A DNA stretch of 64,000 bases from Alphaproteobacteria bacterium (GCA_965116515.1 OZ220705.1:3807565-3871564), one strand, 5' to 3'. Counted from the stretch's first letter, positions 15,453 through 26,410 are shown. The notes: generated by a model not told the origin, from the letters alone. Numbers and translations: made by a program.

Positions 15453-16151
15453 TCAGGCGGCCACGAGGCTTTGCGTGGCAACGTGGACACCCGGCCCCAT
15501 GGTGGTGCTGAGTGTCGCCCGTTTCATGTAGGTTCCCTTGATAGCCTGGGGCCGTGCCTTCGCCACGGCATCCACCAGCGCCCGGGTGTTCTCGGCAATC
15601 TTCTCGACCGGAAACGACACCTTTCCGACACCGGCGTGGATGATGCCCGTCCGTTCCACACGGTACTCCACCTGGCCGGCCTTCGCGGCGGCCACAGCGC
15701 TGGCAACATCCATGGTGACAGTGCCCAGCTTCGGGTTGGGCATGAGGCCGCGCGGCCCGAGAATCTTTCCCAGTCGGCCGACGACGGGCATCATGTCGGG
15801 TGTGGCGATGCAACGGTCGAACCCGAGGTCACCTTCCTGGATGCTCTGGGCGAGATCCTCCGCACCGACCTTGTCGGCACCGGCTTCTCGGGCCTCGTCA
15901 GCCTTGGCATCGCGGGCGAACACGGCGACCCTGACCACGCGCCCGGTACCGTGCGGCAGGCTGACCACACCGCGCACCATCTGGTCGGCATGGCGCGGAT
16001 CGACGTTGAGATTGAGCGCCAGTTCGACGGTCTCGTCAAACCTGGCGAAGGCTGTGTCCTTGAGTGCCTGTATCGCCTCCTCGAGAGCATAATCGCGTTC
16101 GCGATCGACGGTTGCATAGGCCGCGTCGAGTTTCTTGCCGTGTCCTGCCAT
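15453..16151 (-). CDS. rplA: 50S ribosomal protein L1
   Basis: ORF 15453-16175. Start taken at the ATG giving [57 protein letters not shown]... (232 aa). Confidence 0.93.
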   Translation of the reverse strand: MAGHGKKLDAAYATVDRERDYALEEAIQALKDTAFARFDETVELALNLNVDPRHADQMVRGVVSLPHGTGRVVRVAVFARDAKADEAREAGADKVGAEDLAQSIQEGDLGFDRCIATPDMMPVVGRLGKILGPRGLMPNPKLGTVTMDVASAVAAAKAGQVEYRVERTGIIHAGVGKVSFPVEKIAENTRALVDAVAKARPQAIKGTYMKRATLSTTMGPGVHVATQSLVAA

Positions 16152-16155
16152 GCTC

Positions 16156-16584
16156 CTACTCCACCACCTCGACACCCATGGAACGCGCCGTTCCGGCGAT
16201 GATCCGGGATGCCGCCTCGATACCGTTGGCGTTGAGGTCCGTCATCTTCGCCTCGGCGATTTCGCGCACCTGCTCCATGGTCACCGATCCCGCAATGGCG
16301 CGGCCAGGCAAGGCCTCGCCCTTTTCGAGGCCGGCCGCCTTCCTGATGTACCACGCCGCCGGCGGTGTCCTTGTGACAAAAGTGAAGGAACGGTCCGCAT
16401 AGGCCGTAATCACCGTCGGCACCGGAGTGCCCTGCTCGACATTCTGCGTGGCCGCATTGAAGGCCTTGCAGAACTCCATGATGTTGAGGCCACGCTGACC
16501 GAGCGCCGGACCGATGGGAGGCGACGGATTTGCCGCTCCCGCAGGAACCGTGAGCTTGATCATGCCTGCGATCTTCTTGGCCAT
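16156..16584 (-). CDS. rplK: 50S ribosomal protein L11
   Basis: 142-aa [51 protein letters not shown]... Confidence 0.96.
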   Translation of the reverse strand: MAKKIAGMIKLTVPAGAANPSPPIGPALGQRGLNIMEFCKAFNAATQNVEQGTPVPTVITAYADRSFTFVTRTPPAAWYIRKAAGLEKGEALPGRAIAGSVTMEQVREIAEAKMTDLNANGIEAASRIIAGTARSMGVEVVE

Positions 16585-16616
16585 TGTCTTGCGATTTCCA
16601 TCCCCTGGTGGACTTC

Positions 16617-17157
16617 TCAGGTCTTCTCGACCTGGGTGTACTCAAGTTCGACGGGCGTGGGACGGCCGAAGATCAGCACGGCGACCTTGAGGCGTGCCCG
16701 GTTCTCGTCGATATCCTGGACCGTGCCGTTGAAGGACGTGAACGGTCCGTCAGCCACGCGCACGCTCTCACCAATCTCGAAAGTGATGGATGGCCGCGGC
16801 CGCTCGACCCCTTCCTGCACCTGGCTGATGATGCGCGCCGCCTCGGAATCGGGAATTGGCTTGGGCCGGTTGCCGGCCCCCAGGAAACCGCTGACCTTCG
16901 GCGTGTCCTTCACCAGGTGCCAGGTGGCATCCGTCAGCTCCATGTGCACGAGAACGTACCCGGGGAAGAACTTGCGGTCGGTCGAGATCTGCTTGCCGCC
17001 GCGCATCTCCATGACCTTCTCCGAGGGAACCAGGACCTGGCAGATCTGCTCCGCCATGCCACTCGCCTCGGCGCGCTCCCTGATCGCGTTCTCGACCTTC
17101 TTCTCGAAGCCCGAGTAGCAATGGACGATGTACCAGCGATGGGTCAAAATCCCTGCC
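16617..17157 (-). CDS. nusG: Transcription termination/antitermination factor NusG
   Basis: ORF frame contains ...[24 protein letters not shown]...KOW region...LEYTQVEKT. There is no ATG near the conserved RWY start. A TTG at 17157-17155 gives MTHRWYIVH; this start is inferred. Confidence 0.85.
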
Positions 17158-17353
17158 TCCCCAGCCCGAGGATGATCTGGATCCCCTCGGCAAAGACAAG
17201 ATCGACCAGGAAAAAGAAGATCGCCACGAGCACGATCATCGCGAACACCGTGAGCGTGGTGATCCCTGCTTCCCTGGTTGTCGGCCAGGTCACCTTCCTG
17301 ATGGCCTCGGCCCGGACCTGTCTGACAAATTCGGCCGGTGACACTTTCGCCAT
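17144..17353 (-). CDS. secE: Preprotein translocase subunit SecE
   Basis: MAKVSPAEFVRQVRAEAIRKVTWPTTREAGITTLTVFAMIVLVAIFFFLVDLVFAEGIQIILG, a single TM helix. ATG at 17353; an alternative upstream ATG at 17383. Confidence 0.85.
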   Translation of the reverse strand: MAKVSPAEFVRQVRAEAIRKVTWPTTREAGITTLTVFAMIVLVAIFFFLVDLVFAEGIQIILGLGRQGF

Positions 17354-17399
17354 GAGCTGATCCGCTGTTTCCCCGCTCTTCAATCAAGGAGCCCGTCGA

Positions 17400-17475
17400 T
17401 GGCAGGAGTGGCAGGACTCGAACCCGCAACCCCCGGTTTTGGAGACCGGTGCTCTACCAGTTGAGCTACACTCCT
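17400..17475 (-). tRNA. tRNA-Trp (anticodon CCA)
   Basis: Reverse complement AGGAGTGTAGCTCAACTGGTAGAGCACCGGTCTCCAAAACCGGGGGTTGCGGGTTCGAGTCCTGCCACTCCTGCCA: 7-bp acceptor stem, anticodon loop CUCCAAA, encoded CCA end. Confidence 0.93.
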
Positions 17476-17489
17476 TGGATGATCGTTCC

Positions 17490-18682
<1,193 letters not shown>

Positions 18683-18767
18683 CTTCTCGACCTCTCCTGG
18701 TCAATAACCCTCCCTCACGAGGGGGGTGTTCCTGGTTATCACAACATGGTCCCTGGTCCGGGGAGCG

Positions 18768-18841
18768 TGGAGCGGGTGGCGGGAATCGAACCCGCGTAAC
18801 CAGCTTGGAAGGCTGGGGCTCTGCCACTGAGCTACACCCGC
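18768..18841 (-). tRNA. tRNA-Gly (anticodon TCC)
   Basis: Reverse complement GCGGGTGTAGCTCAGTGGCAGAGCCCCAGCCTTCCAAGCTGGTTACGCGGGTTCGATTCCCGCCACCCGCTCCA: cloverleaf with anticodon loop CUUCCAA. Confidence 0.9.
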
Positions 18842-18879
18842 CTCGTCGAGGCCCGCAACCGTCCCCCTGAACCATGGAA

Positions 18880-18964
18880 TGGTGGAGGGAGGTGGATTCG
18901 AACCACCGTAGGCATAGCCAACGGGTTTACAGCCCGTCCCTTTTAACCGCTCAGGCATCCCTCC
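18880..18964 (-). tRNA. tRNA-Tyr (anticodon GTA), long variable arm
   Basis: Reverse complement GGAGGGATGCCTGAGCGGTTAAAAGGGACGGGCTGTAAACCCGTTGGCTATGCCTACGGTGGTTCGAATCCACCTCCCTCCACCA: type II tRNA with anticodon loop CUGUAAA. Confidence 0.9.
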
Positions 18965-19104
18965 GGGCAACATGTACTGCTGATGATAGGTTTCGCGACA
19001 CGATCAACCCGACAGCAGCCGCGCAACAAGGGCAGTGCCTCCTGCACCGTTGACGACCACGCCGGATTTCCAATTGGTGGAGCGCTCATATATAGCACAA
19101 CGCC

Positions 19105-19848
19105 ATGGTCCGCAAGCACCCGGCACAACAAAAATTCGCGAGACCGCTGTGGATTCACGGGCACCACCCGGTGGCAGCGGCACTCGCCAATCCGCGGCGG
19201 CGCGTGGTGCGCCTCGCAGCCACGCGCGAGATGCTTGAGAGGCTGGAGCCGCTCCTCGCGCAACGCCGCGACACGACGACCTGTGACGCGATGACGTCAT
19301 CGTCGATTGCCGCCCTCCTCGACGGCGACACCCGCCACCAGGGGGCGGCGCTGCTCGTCCATCCGCTGCCGGACCTCGCCATCCGCGACATTCCCGGATC
19401 GGCCGACGTCGTCGTGGTTCTCGACCGCATCAGCGATCCCCGCAATGCCGGCGCCATCATGCGATCGGCCGCGGCCTTCGGCGCGGCGGCGGTCGTCATG
19501 CAGGAACGCCATGCGCCACCCCCTTCGGCGGCGTTCGCCAGTGCCGCCTCCGGCGCCCTCGAATGGGTGCCCCTGGTGCGTGTCTCCAACATCGCCCGCG
19601 CCCTCGACGACCTCAAGAAACGCGGTTTCTGGATCACCGGCCTCGACGCCGAAGCTCCCCTCACCCTGGGCCAGGCGCCGGTGCCACTCCCCGCCGTCCT
19701 GGTCCTCGGCGCCGAGGGGAGCGGCCTGCGCCGTCTCGTTGCCAGGACCTGCGATCAGCTGGTGAGCATCGCCACCCCGGGCCGTGAACTCAGTCTCAAC
19801 GTGGCAAGTGCCGCAGCCATCGCACTCCACGAGATCCGCACCCATTGA
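19105..19848 (+). CDS. TrmH/SpoU-family RNA 2'-O-methyltransferase (RlmB-like 23S rRNA Gm methyltransferase)
   Basis: 247-aa ORF ...IHGHHPVAAALANPRRRVVRLAATRE...VVVLDRISDPRNAGAIMRSAAAFGAAAVVM...VLVLGAEGSGLRRLV...LNVASAAAIALHEI, the SpoU methylase motifs. Divergent from the tRNA-tuf operon. Confidence 0.85.
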   Translation: MVRKHPAQQKFARPLWIHGHHPVAAALANPRRRVVRLAATREMLERLEPLLAQRRDTTTCDAMTSSSIAALLDGDTRHQGAALLVHPLPDLAIRDIPGSADVVVVLDRISDPRNAGAIMRSAAAFGAAAVVMQERHAPPPSAAFASAASGALEWVPLVRVSNIARALDDLKKRGFWITGLDAEAPLTLGQAPVPLPAVLVLGAEGSGLRRLVARTCDQLVSIATPGRELSLNVASAAAIALHEIRTH

Positions 19849-20048
19849 CGAGAGGCGGCGCGGCGCTCTTCGCGCGTCTGATGCCCGAGCAATCACACCG
19901 TCCGCACCGTTGGCCGACCTGAAGCCGGAGGGATCGCAACGGTCCCCGGCCACAGGAAGGACGGGGCCGGGGGGCCCATGGGGAACTCCGGCCCGAAGGA
20001 TGCTGTTCAGCCGTCCCTTCTGACCACCGGAGCCGCCTGACCTGCGCT

Positions 20049-21692
20049 TCAGGCGGTGCCGTCCCTGAATGACCACTTCCGGAACATGCGGAAGGTGTCG
20101 AAGGGCCCTGCGCCAAGAACGTCCCCGCCGGTATCGACCCGGTCGCGGACGCCATGCACCAGGTTCTGGAACAAAGGCACGATGGTCGAGCCGCGCTCGT
20201 GCAGGATCAGCTGCACATCGGCATAGAGAAGCTTGCGCTTTTCGGTGTCGAGCTCGGTCCTCGCGGCCGCCACCAGATCGGTAAACTCGCGGTCACACCA
20301 GTATGAATCGCCCCACGCCGCATCGCAGATGTAAGCCAGCGTGAGCATCAGATCCGGGGTCGGCCGCGCGTTCCAGTAGCAGTAGGAGAAGGGCACCGTA
20401 CCCCAGACATCCGCCCAGTATCCGTCGACGGGTTGGCGCACGACCTCGAGGTTGAACCCGGCCTGCTTGGCGTTCTCGGCGAAGAGGACACCGGAATCGA
20501 CCGCACCGCTGAACGCCGCGGCAGAGGCATGAATCTCGATCGTCTCGCCGCCGTAACCGGCCTTCTCGAGATGGTGCTTCGCCCTGTCCGGATCGAACGC
20601 GCGCTGCGCAATGGCGGGGTTGAAGAACTGGTCGAAGGGCGCAACCGGGTGATCGTTCGCCAGCGATGCATGGCCGTTGAAGATCACGTCGCGCATCTGT
20701 TCACGATCAACCAGATACTTCATGGCCAGCCGAAAATCGAGATTGTCGAACGGTGGGGTATCCGCGCGCATCGGCATCGTGATGGTCGAGCCGCCGGAGA
20801 CACTCAGGATGCTGACGCCCGCGTTTTGCGCCAGAAGATCCGCGGTCTTCGGCTCGACCGGCCACACCGCCTGGACCGAATCGCTGGCCAGCGCCGAAGA
20901 GAGCGCGGCGTGATCCTTCACCGAGAGATGCTCGAAGGAGTCGAAGAAGCCCTGGTCCTCCAGGAAGTAGTTCGCAAACCGCTCCCCGATGCCGCGCACA
21001 CCCGGCTCGTACTCCTGCATAACGTAGGCGCCGGTGCCGACACCCGACATGTCGACCTCGCCGTCCACCGACGGCGCCACCTGGAACAGGTACTGCGCCA
21101 GATAGTAGGGGAAGTCGGCTGCGGGCTCGCTGAGCTCGAAGATCACGTCGTCGCCGTCCGACCGGATGTCGGCCACGATCGCCATCATCGACGCGCCGCC
21201 CGACTGCGAGTCGGGACCCCGGTGGACGTTCATCGAATCGATCACGTCCTGGGCATCAAGCGTCTTGCCGTTGTGGAACTCCACGCCCTGGCGCAACTTG
21301 AAGGTCCAGGTCGCGCCGGCGTCCGATGCATCCCACTCCGTCGCCAGCATGGGATCGAGGCCGCCATCGCTTCGCGCATCGACCAGCTTGCTGCGGAAGG
21401 TCTCCGTAAGGGCGGTCTGGTGCGAGTTGCCGGCGTGGCCGATGATGAACGAGTCGGCCGATTGCCCGTCGCCCGCCGCCGTGACGATGTGCCCGCCCCG
21501 GACCTGTGCGGCGCGCGCCGATTCACTCCACATCGCCGTGGCAGCCGCGATCGTCACTCCCGAAGCGACCGCCCGCTCCAGGAAGTCGCGCCGTGTCACA
21601 CCCTTCTGTCCGGCAAAGATCCTCAGTGTCTGGTCAAGATGGACGTCCTGTCCGGTCATGTCGTCTCCTCCCCAAGAATGCGTTATCGTCAC
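20049..21692 (-). CDS. ABC transporter substrate-binding protein, family 5 (peptide/nickel/opine type), Tat signal
   Basis: 547-aa ORF with twin-arginine motif TRRDFLERAVASGVTIAAATAMWSESARAA and an SBP_bac_5-like body. No permease or ATPase genes adjacent. Confidence 0.8.
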   Translation of the reverse strand: MTITHSWGGDDMTGQDVHLDQTLRIFAGQKGVTRRDFLERAVASGVTIAAATAMWSESARAAQVRGGHIVTAAGDGQSADSFIIGHAGNSHQTALTETFRSKLVDARSDGGLDPMLATEWDASDAGATWTFKLRQGVEFHNGKTLDAQDVIDSMNVHRGPDSQSGGASMMAIVADIRSDGDDVIFELSEPAADFPYYLAQYLFQVAPSVDGEVDMSGVGTGAYVMQEYEPGVRGIGERFANYFLEDQGFFDSFEHLSVKDHAALSSALASDSVQAVWPVEPKTADLLAQNAGVSILSVSGGSTITMPMRADTPPFDNLDFRLAMKYLVDREQMRDVIFNGHASLANDHPVAPFDQFFNPAIAQRAFDPDRAKHHLEKAGYGGETIEIHASAAAFSGAVDSGVLFAENAKQAGFNLEVVRQPVDGYWADVWGTVPFSYCYWNARPTPDLMLTLAYICDAAWGDSYWCDREFTDLVAAARTELDTEKRKLLYADVQLILHERGSTIVPLFQNLVHGVRDRVDTGGDVLGAGPFDTFRMFRKWSFRDGTA

Positions 21693-21777
21693 ACGCGCCC
21701 TGACAACCGAATGTACGCTGACGATAACAGTTTACCAGTCATGCCCGGGAAGTTGAAACAGGGTTGTTCACAATGAG

Positions 21778-22929
21778 TCAGCGCCACGCCAGAGCCTGGA
21801 TGTCCGCGATCGGCAGCACCGAGATCCGGTCATCAAGCGGGTACGCCTCGTGTCCGGGGTACACCACCCAGAGGTGCTCCAGCTCCAGGTCGTTCAGGGC
21901 TACTCGCATGGAGCGCGTAGTGCCGGGAGCGTCGGCGAGCTTGCACTCGAAGCCGTAGCGCTTCCCGCCGCGCATGACGAGCAGATCGAGTTCTGCACCG
22001 CCGTGCGTTGCCCAGAAATACACTCCGCTCGTTCCGAACACACTCGCGATCTGCTCCACCGCGAAACCTTCAAAAGAGGCTCCCACCTTGGGGTGGCCGG
22101 CGACCTCATCGCCCGTGTCCACTGTGAGGAGGGTGTGGAGCAGCCCCGTATCGCGCACGTAGATCCTGGGTGAGCGGACCTGACGCTTGCGGATGTTCGC
22201 AAACCAGGGAGGGAGCGCTCGTACCATGAACGCGCCCGTCAGGATGTCGAAGTACCTTCGTGCCGTACCTTCGCTCGAGCCAAGCGCTCGGGCGAACTCC
22301 GCCGCGTTCCACACCTGACCGTGATAGTGGGCCAGCATCGTCCAGAACCTTCGAAGGGTCTCCGCCGGGACGGTGATGCCGAGTTGGGGGATGTCACGCT
22401 CGAGGAACGTCTGAACGAAGCTGCGCCTCCACACCGTGGAGGCGCGGTCGTGCGGTGCGAGGTATGCACGCGGGAAACCGCCACGGAGCCAGAGGGTGCG
22501 CCACGAGTCCGGATCGACCTCCGAGAGATCGAATCCGCCCAGATTGACAATCCCGACGCGCCCGGCCAGGGACTCCGAGATTCCCGCAATCAGCGCCGGC
22601 GATGCGCTCCCGAGCATGAGAAACCGTGCCGGATTGTCGGGCCGATCAGCAAGGACCCGAAGCGTCTCGAACAGCGCTGGCTCGCGCTGTATCTCGTCGA
22701 TGACCACGAGTCCGGTGAGGCCCGCCAATGTCCTCTCCGGCGCCTGCAGTCGCCGACGGTCCACCGCGCTCTCAAGATCGAAAAACGTGCTTCCCTCAGG
22801 ATCAGCAGCTGCAATCATGCGGGCGAGTGTGGTCTTGCCGCATTGGCGCGGTCCGGTCAGGGCGACCGCGGGATGGACGGAGAACGCTTCGTGGATGCGA
22901 TCGCGGGCGACGGGTCGATCGATGATCAT
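21778..22929 (-). CDS. AAA+ ATPase with C-terminal DUF4143 domain (COG1373-type)
   Basis: 383-aa ORF MIIDRPVARDRIHEAF...ALTGPRQCGKTTLARMIAA (Walker A)...VVIDEIQREP (Walker B)... with a DUF4143-like C-terminal half. Confidence 0.8.
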   Translation of the reverse strand: MIIDRPVARDRIHEAFSVHPAVALTGPRQCGKTTLARMIAAADPEGSTFFDLESAVDRRRLQAPERTLAGLTGLVVIDEIQREPALFETLRVLADRPDNPARFLMLGSASPALIAGISESLAGRVGIVNLGGFDLSEVDPDSWRTLWLRGGFPRAYLAPHDRASTVWRRSFVQTFLERDIPQLGITVPAETLRRFWTMLAHYHGQVWNAAEFARALGSSEGTARRYFDILTGAFMVRALPPWFANIRKRQVRSPRIYVRDTGLLHTLLTVDTGDEVAGHPKVGASFEGFAVEQIASVFGTSGVYFWATHGGAELDLLVMRGGKRYGFECKLADAPGTTRSMRVALNDLELEHLWVVYPGHEAYPLDDRISVLPIADIQALAWR

Positions 22930-22990
22930 ACGCGAGCATATTCCTGGAAAATCCTCAATTCAATTCCGTATTTTCAAGGAAAATTCATCG
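22930..22990. promoter_or_regulatory. AT-rich promoter/operator-like element upstream of the DUF4143 ATPase gene
   Basis: Local GC drop to ~35%. Palindrome TTCCTGGAA (22941-22949) and perfect 15-bp inverted repeat ATTTTCAAGGAAAAT (22970-22984) immediately 5' of the gene start. Confidence 0.35.
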
Positions 22991-23421
22991 ATTGGCATTG
23001 TCTCCGATCCGTTATTCGCTCGACCTCCGGGTCCGTTGCCCAGGCTGGCTGCAACCCCTGCCTTCGATTCCATGCGAGACGGTGGCCGGAACGTGCTTCA
23101 CGACACACCTTCGAATCCTGTGTGAGGACTACCTGCCTCGCCTTCGACCACTCCACGGGAACGAGACCCGCGGACGACATCCCGGCTCCTGTGCCCGTTC
23201 ATCACCATCGTGCCGGCACTTGCGTGGACCCGTGCGCCGGTCGCAGTGCGTCACTTCCGGCCCGATCGCGAATTCCACAGGACACTCACTTGTGTCGAAG
23301 CTCTCGTGCTTGCGAACATGCCTCCATGAATTGACAGGGTGGCGCGGCCGAAGCGCGTGACTGCGTCTTCGTCCGGCAGTGTTTCACAAGAGGCGTCGAC
23401 CCGTGCTACGTAGCGGCGAGG

Positions 23422-23497
23422 GCCGGGTTAGCTCAGTTGGTAGAGCAACCGCCTTGTAAGCGGTAGGTCGCGAGTTCGAGTCCCGCACCCGGCACCA
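23422..23497 (+). tRNA. tRNA-Thr (anticodon TGT)
   Basis: GCCGGGTTAGCTCAGTTGGTAGAGCAACCGCCTTGTAAGCGGTAGGTCGCGAGTTCGAGTCCCGCACCCGGCACCA: acceptor GCCGGGT/ACCCGGC, anticodon loop CUUGUAA, CCA encoded. Confidence 0.88.
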
Positions 23498-23508
23498 CGT
23501 CTTCGCTG

Positions 23509-24864
23509 TCACGCCGCCTTCTGGCGCATGGTGACGAATTCCTCGGCACTGGTGGGATGGATGCCGACCGTGGCGTCAAAATCGGCCTTGGTGGCGCCCG
23601 CCTTCAGGGCAACCGCAAATCCCTGCAGGATCTCGGCGGCATCAGGTCCCACCATGTGAACACCGACGACGCGGTCCGTGGCGGAGGCGACGACGAGCTT
23701 CATCAGGATCTTCTCGTCGTTCAGGGAAATCGTGTGGCGCAAGGGCCTGAAACGCGCCATGTAGATGTCGACGCCATCTCCATGACGCTGGCGCGCCTGC
23801 GATTCTGTCAGGCCCACCGTGGCCAGTTCCGGCTGGCAGAAGACGGCCGAGGGAATGTTCGTGTAGTCGACGCTCTTCGGCCCGTCGCCAAAGAGCGTGG
23901 CCGCCACCGCCATGCCCTCGGTGGTCGCCACCGGCGTCAGCTCATAGCGGCCGAGAACATCGCCGATGGCGAAGACCGACGGCACGTTCGTGCGGAAGTG
24001 GTCGTCAACCGGAATCGTGCCGTTGTCGTTGACGGTCACCCCGGCCTCCTCGAGCCCGAGACCGGAGGTGAGCGGCCGGCGGCCGGTGGCATACATCACG
24101 AGGCCGGTTTTCAGGCAGGTTCCGTCGGCAAGGCTGACGGAAAACCCGCCGTCCACCCGGGCAATGGCCGCCACATCGCTGGAGAACCGCAGATCGATCC
24201 CCTTCGTCCGCATTTCCCCGGCGAGATGGCTCCGAATGTCGTCATCGAAGCCGCGCAGGAAGAGCTCTCCCCGGTAGAGCTGTGTGACATGAAGACCAAG
24301 GCCGTGAAAGATCCCGGCGAATTCCGCGGCGATGTAACCGCCGCCGACGATGACGATGCTCGCCGGCAGGTCATCGAGAAAGAAGCACTCGTTCGACGTG
24401 ATGGCGTGTTCCCTGCCGGGGATGTCCGGTACATACGGCCAGCCGCCTGTCGCAACGAGAATGTTCGCGGCTTGAACGCGTTTCGAGTCGATCTCGACGT
24501 CATGGGGACCGGCGAGACGGGCGCGGCCCTCGAGGACACTGCAGCCGGCGTCTTTCAGCATGTCGACGTAGATGCCGTTCAACCGGGAGATCTCGGTCGT
24601 CTTGTTGTCACGCAGCGTCGGCCAGTCGAAGCCGGGCGCCATGGACGACCAGCCGAAGCGCCGGGCATCCCGGAACTCCTCACTGTAATGGGCGGCATAC
24701 CCGAAGAGCTTCTTGGGAATGCACCCCACGTTGACGCAGGTCCCACCCCAGTCACGTTCTTCGGCAATCGCCACGCGGGCGCCTGCCGCCGCCGAAAACC
24801 GCGCGGCGCGCACCCCTCCGGAGCCGCCACCAATGACGACGAGATCGTAGTCGAAGGAACCCAT
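23509..24864 (-). CDS. gor: Glutathione-disulfide reductase
   Basis: Internal ATG at 24864 gives MGSFDYDLVVIGGGSGGVRAARFSAAAGARVAIAEERDWGGTCVNVGCIPKKL... (451 aa): redox-active CVNVGC disulfide and C-terminal HPTSAEE. The 586-aa upstream extension is rejected. Confidence 0.88.
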   Translation of the reverse strand: MGSFDYDLVVIGGGSGGVRAARFSAAAGARVAIAEERDWGGTCVNVGCIPKKLFGYAAHYSEEFRDARRFGWSSMAPGFDWPTLRDNKTTEISRLNGIYVDMLKDAGCSVLEGRARLAGPHDVEIDSKRVQAANILVATGGWPYVPDIPGREHAITSNECFFLDDLPASIVIVGGGYIAAEFAGIFHGLGLHVTQLYRGELFLRGFDDDIRSHLAGEMRTKGIDLRFSSDVAAIARVDGGFSVSLADGTCLKTGLVMYATGRRPLTSGLGLEEAGVTVNDNGTIPVDDHFRTNVPSVFAIGDVLGRYELTPVATTEGMAVAATLFGDGPKSVDYTNIPSAVFCQPELATVGLTESQARQRHGDGVDIYMARFRPLRHTISLNDEKILMKLVVASATDRVVGVHMVGPDAAEILQGFAVALKAGATKADFDATVGIHPTSAEEFVTMRQKAA

Positions 24865-24877
24865 CGGAGGATCCGTG

Positions 24878-26335
24878 TCAGCTGTCGAGGCCGGCAACGC
24901 AGACGTACTTGGATTCAACGTACTCGTCGATGCCCATGTGGCTGCCTTCGCGCCCGATGCCGGATTCCTTGACCCCGCCGAAGGGCGCCACCTCGGTGGA
25001 GATGATGCCGGTGTTGACGCCGACGATGCCGTACTCGAGGCCTTCGCTGACACGCCAGATACGGCCGATGTCACGGGCATAGAAATAGCTGGCAAGGCCG
25101 AATTCCGTGTCGTTGGCGAGGGACACCGCCTCGTCCTCGCGCTCGAACCGGAAGAGTGGCGCCAGGGGACCGAAGGTCTCGTCGCGCGCCACGAGCATCT
25201 GCGGATTGACGTCGGCCATGACCGTCGGCTCGAAAAAGGTGCCGCCGAGCGCGTGACGCTGACCGCCAACGAGGACGCGTGCGCCCTTCGCCGAGGCGTC
25301 GGCGATGTGCTCTTCCACCTTGTCGACCGCAGCCTGGTTGATCAGCGGCCCCTGCACGACGCCCTCATCGAGGCCATTGCCGACCTTCATCTCGGCTACC
25401 CGTGCCGCGAGTCTTTCGGCGAAGGCATCGTGGACCGCGGACTGGACATAGATCCGGTTGGCGCACACGCAGGTCTGCCCCATGTTGCGGAACTTCGACT
25501 GCATGGCGCCCTCGACCGCGGCATCGAGATCGGCATCGTCGAACACCAGGAAAGGCGCATTGCCTCCCAGCTCCATGGTGACCTTCTTGACCGTGGATGC
25601 CGCCTGTTCCATCAGCATCTTGCCGATCTCCGTGGAGCCGGTGAAGGTGATCTTGCGGACCACGGGATTGCCCGTGAGTTCGCTGCCGATCTCCGCCGAC
25701 TTGCCGGTCAGGACGTTGAGAACGCCTTTCGGCAATCCGGCGCGTTCACCAAGTTCTGCGAGAGCGAAGGCCGAATAGGGTGTCTCGGTCGCCGGCTTGC
25801 AGACGATGGTGCAGCCTGCGGCGAGTGCCGGTCCCGCCTTGCGCGTGATCATGGCCGAAGGAAAGTTCCAGGGCGTGATCGCACCCACAACGCCGACGGG
25901 TTCGCGCAGCACAAGGATGCGGCGATCAGCGAGATGCTGGGGAACGGTTTCGCCGTAGACTCTCTTGCCCTCTTCGGCAAACCACTCGATGAAGCTTGCC
26001 GCATAGGCGATCTCGCCACGAGCCTCGGCCAGGGGCTTGCCCTGTTCGAGGGTCATGAGCTGCGCCAGGTCTTCCTGGTTCTCGAGCATCAGTTCAAACC
26101 AGCGACGCAGCACCGATGCCCGCTCCTTCGCTGTCTTCGCCTTCCAGGCCGGCAGTGCCGCAGCCGCAGCCTCGATGGCCCTTCGGGTCTCGGCCGTACC
26201 CATCCGGGGAATGGTTCCGAGCACACCGGCGGTGGCCGGATTCCTGACATCGATGGTGTCGCGCGAATCGGCGTCGCACCAGGCGCCATCTATGTAGCAC
26301 TGTTGGCGAAACAGGGTTGCGTCACTGAGTTGCAT
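24878..26335 (-). CDS. gabD: Succinate-semialdehyde dehydrogenase (NADP+)
   Basis: ALDH-family ORF: ...ITPWNFPSAMITRKAGPALAAGCTIVCKPA...ELGGNAPFLVFDDADLD...RNMGQTCVCANRIYVQ... Start taken at MQLSDATLFRQQCYIDGAW. Confidence 0.85.
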   Translation of the reverse strand: MQLSDATLFRQQCYIDGAWCDADSRDTIDVRNPATAGVLGTIPRMGTAETRRAIEAAAAALPAWKAKTAKERASVLRRWFELMLENQEDLAQLMTLEQGKPLAEARGEIAYAASFIEWFAEEGKRVYGETVPQHLADRRILVLREPVGVVGAITPWNFPSAMITRKAGPALAAGCTIVCKPATETPYSAFALAELGERAGLPKGVLNVLTGKSAEIGSELTGNPVVRKITFTGSTEIGKMLMEQAASTVKKVTMELGGNAPFLVFDDADLDAAVEGAMQSKFRNMGQTCVCANRIYVQSAVHDAFAERLAARVAEMKVGNGLDEGVVQGPLINQAAVDKVEEHIADASAKGARVLVGGQRHALGGTFFEPTVMADVNPQMLVARDETFGPLAPLFRFEREDEAVSLANDTEFGLASYFYARDIGRIWRVSEGLEYGIVGVNTGIISTEVAPFGGVKESGIGREGSHMGIDEYVESKYVCVAGLDS

Positions 26336-26410
26336 GGGAAATCCTCGCAAGGTTCAAAAGAAAGGACGGACGGCGTATCGGCAGGGCGAATGTAGACCCC
26401 GACGGCGTGA

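Noticed and set aside
18966-19104. Sigma70-like promoter for the tRNA-Tyr/Gly-tufB operon (TTGATC ... TATCAT on the minus strand)
   Set aside because: Hexamers are present but the spacing is ~13-14 nt rather than 16-18; not confident enough to call.
23557-26395. Plus-strand ORFs 23557-24972 (471 aa) and 24875-26395 (506 aa)
   Set aside because: Antisense to gor and gabD, which have clear homology-supported frames, and of low-complexity composition.
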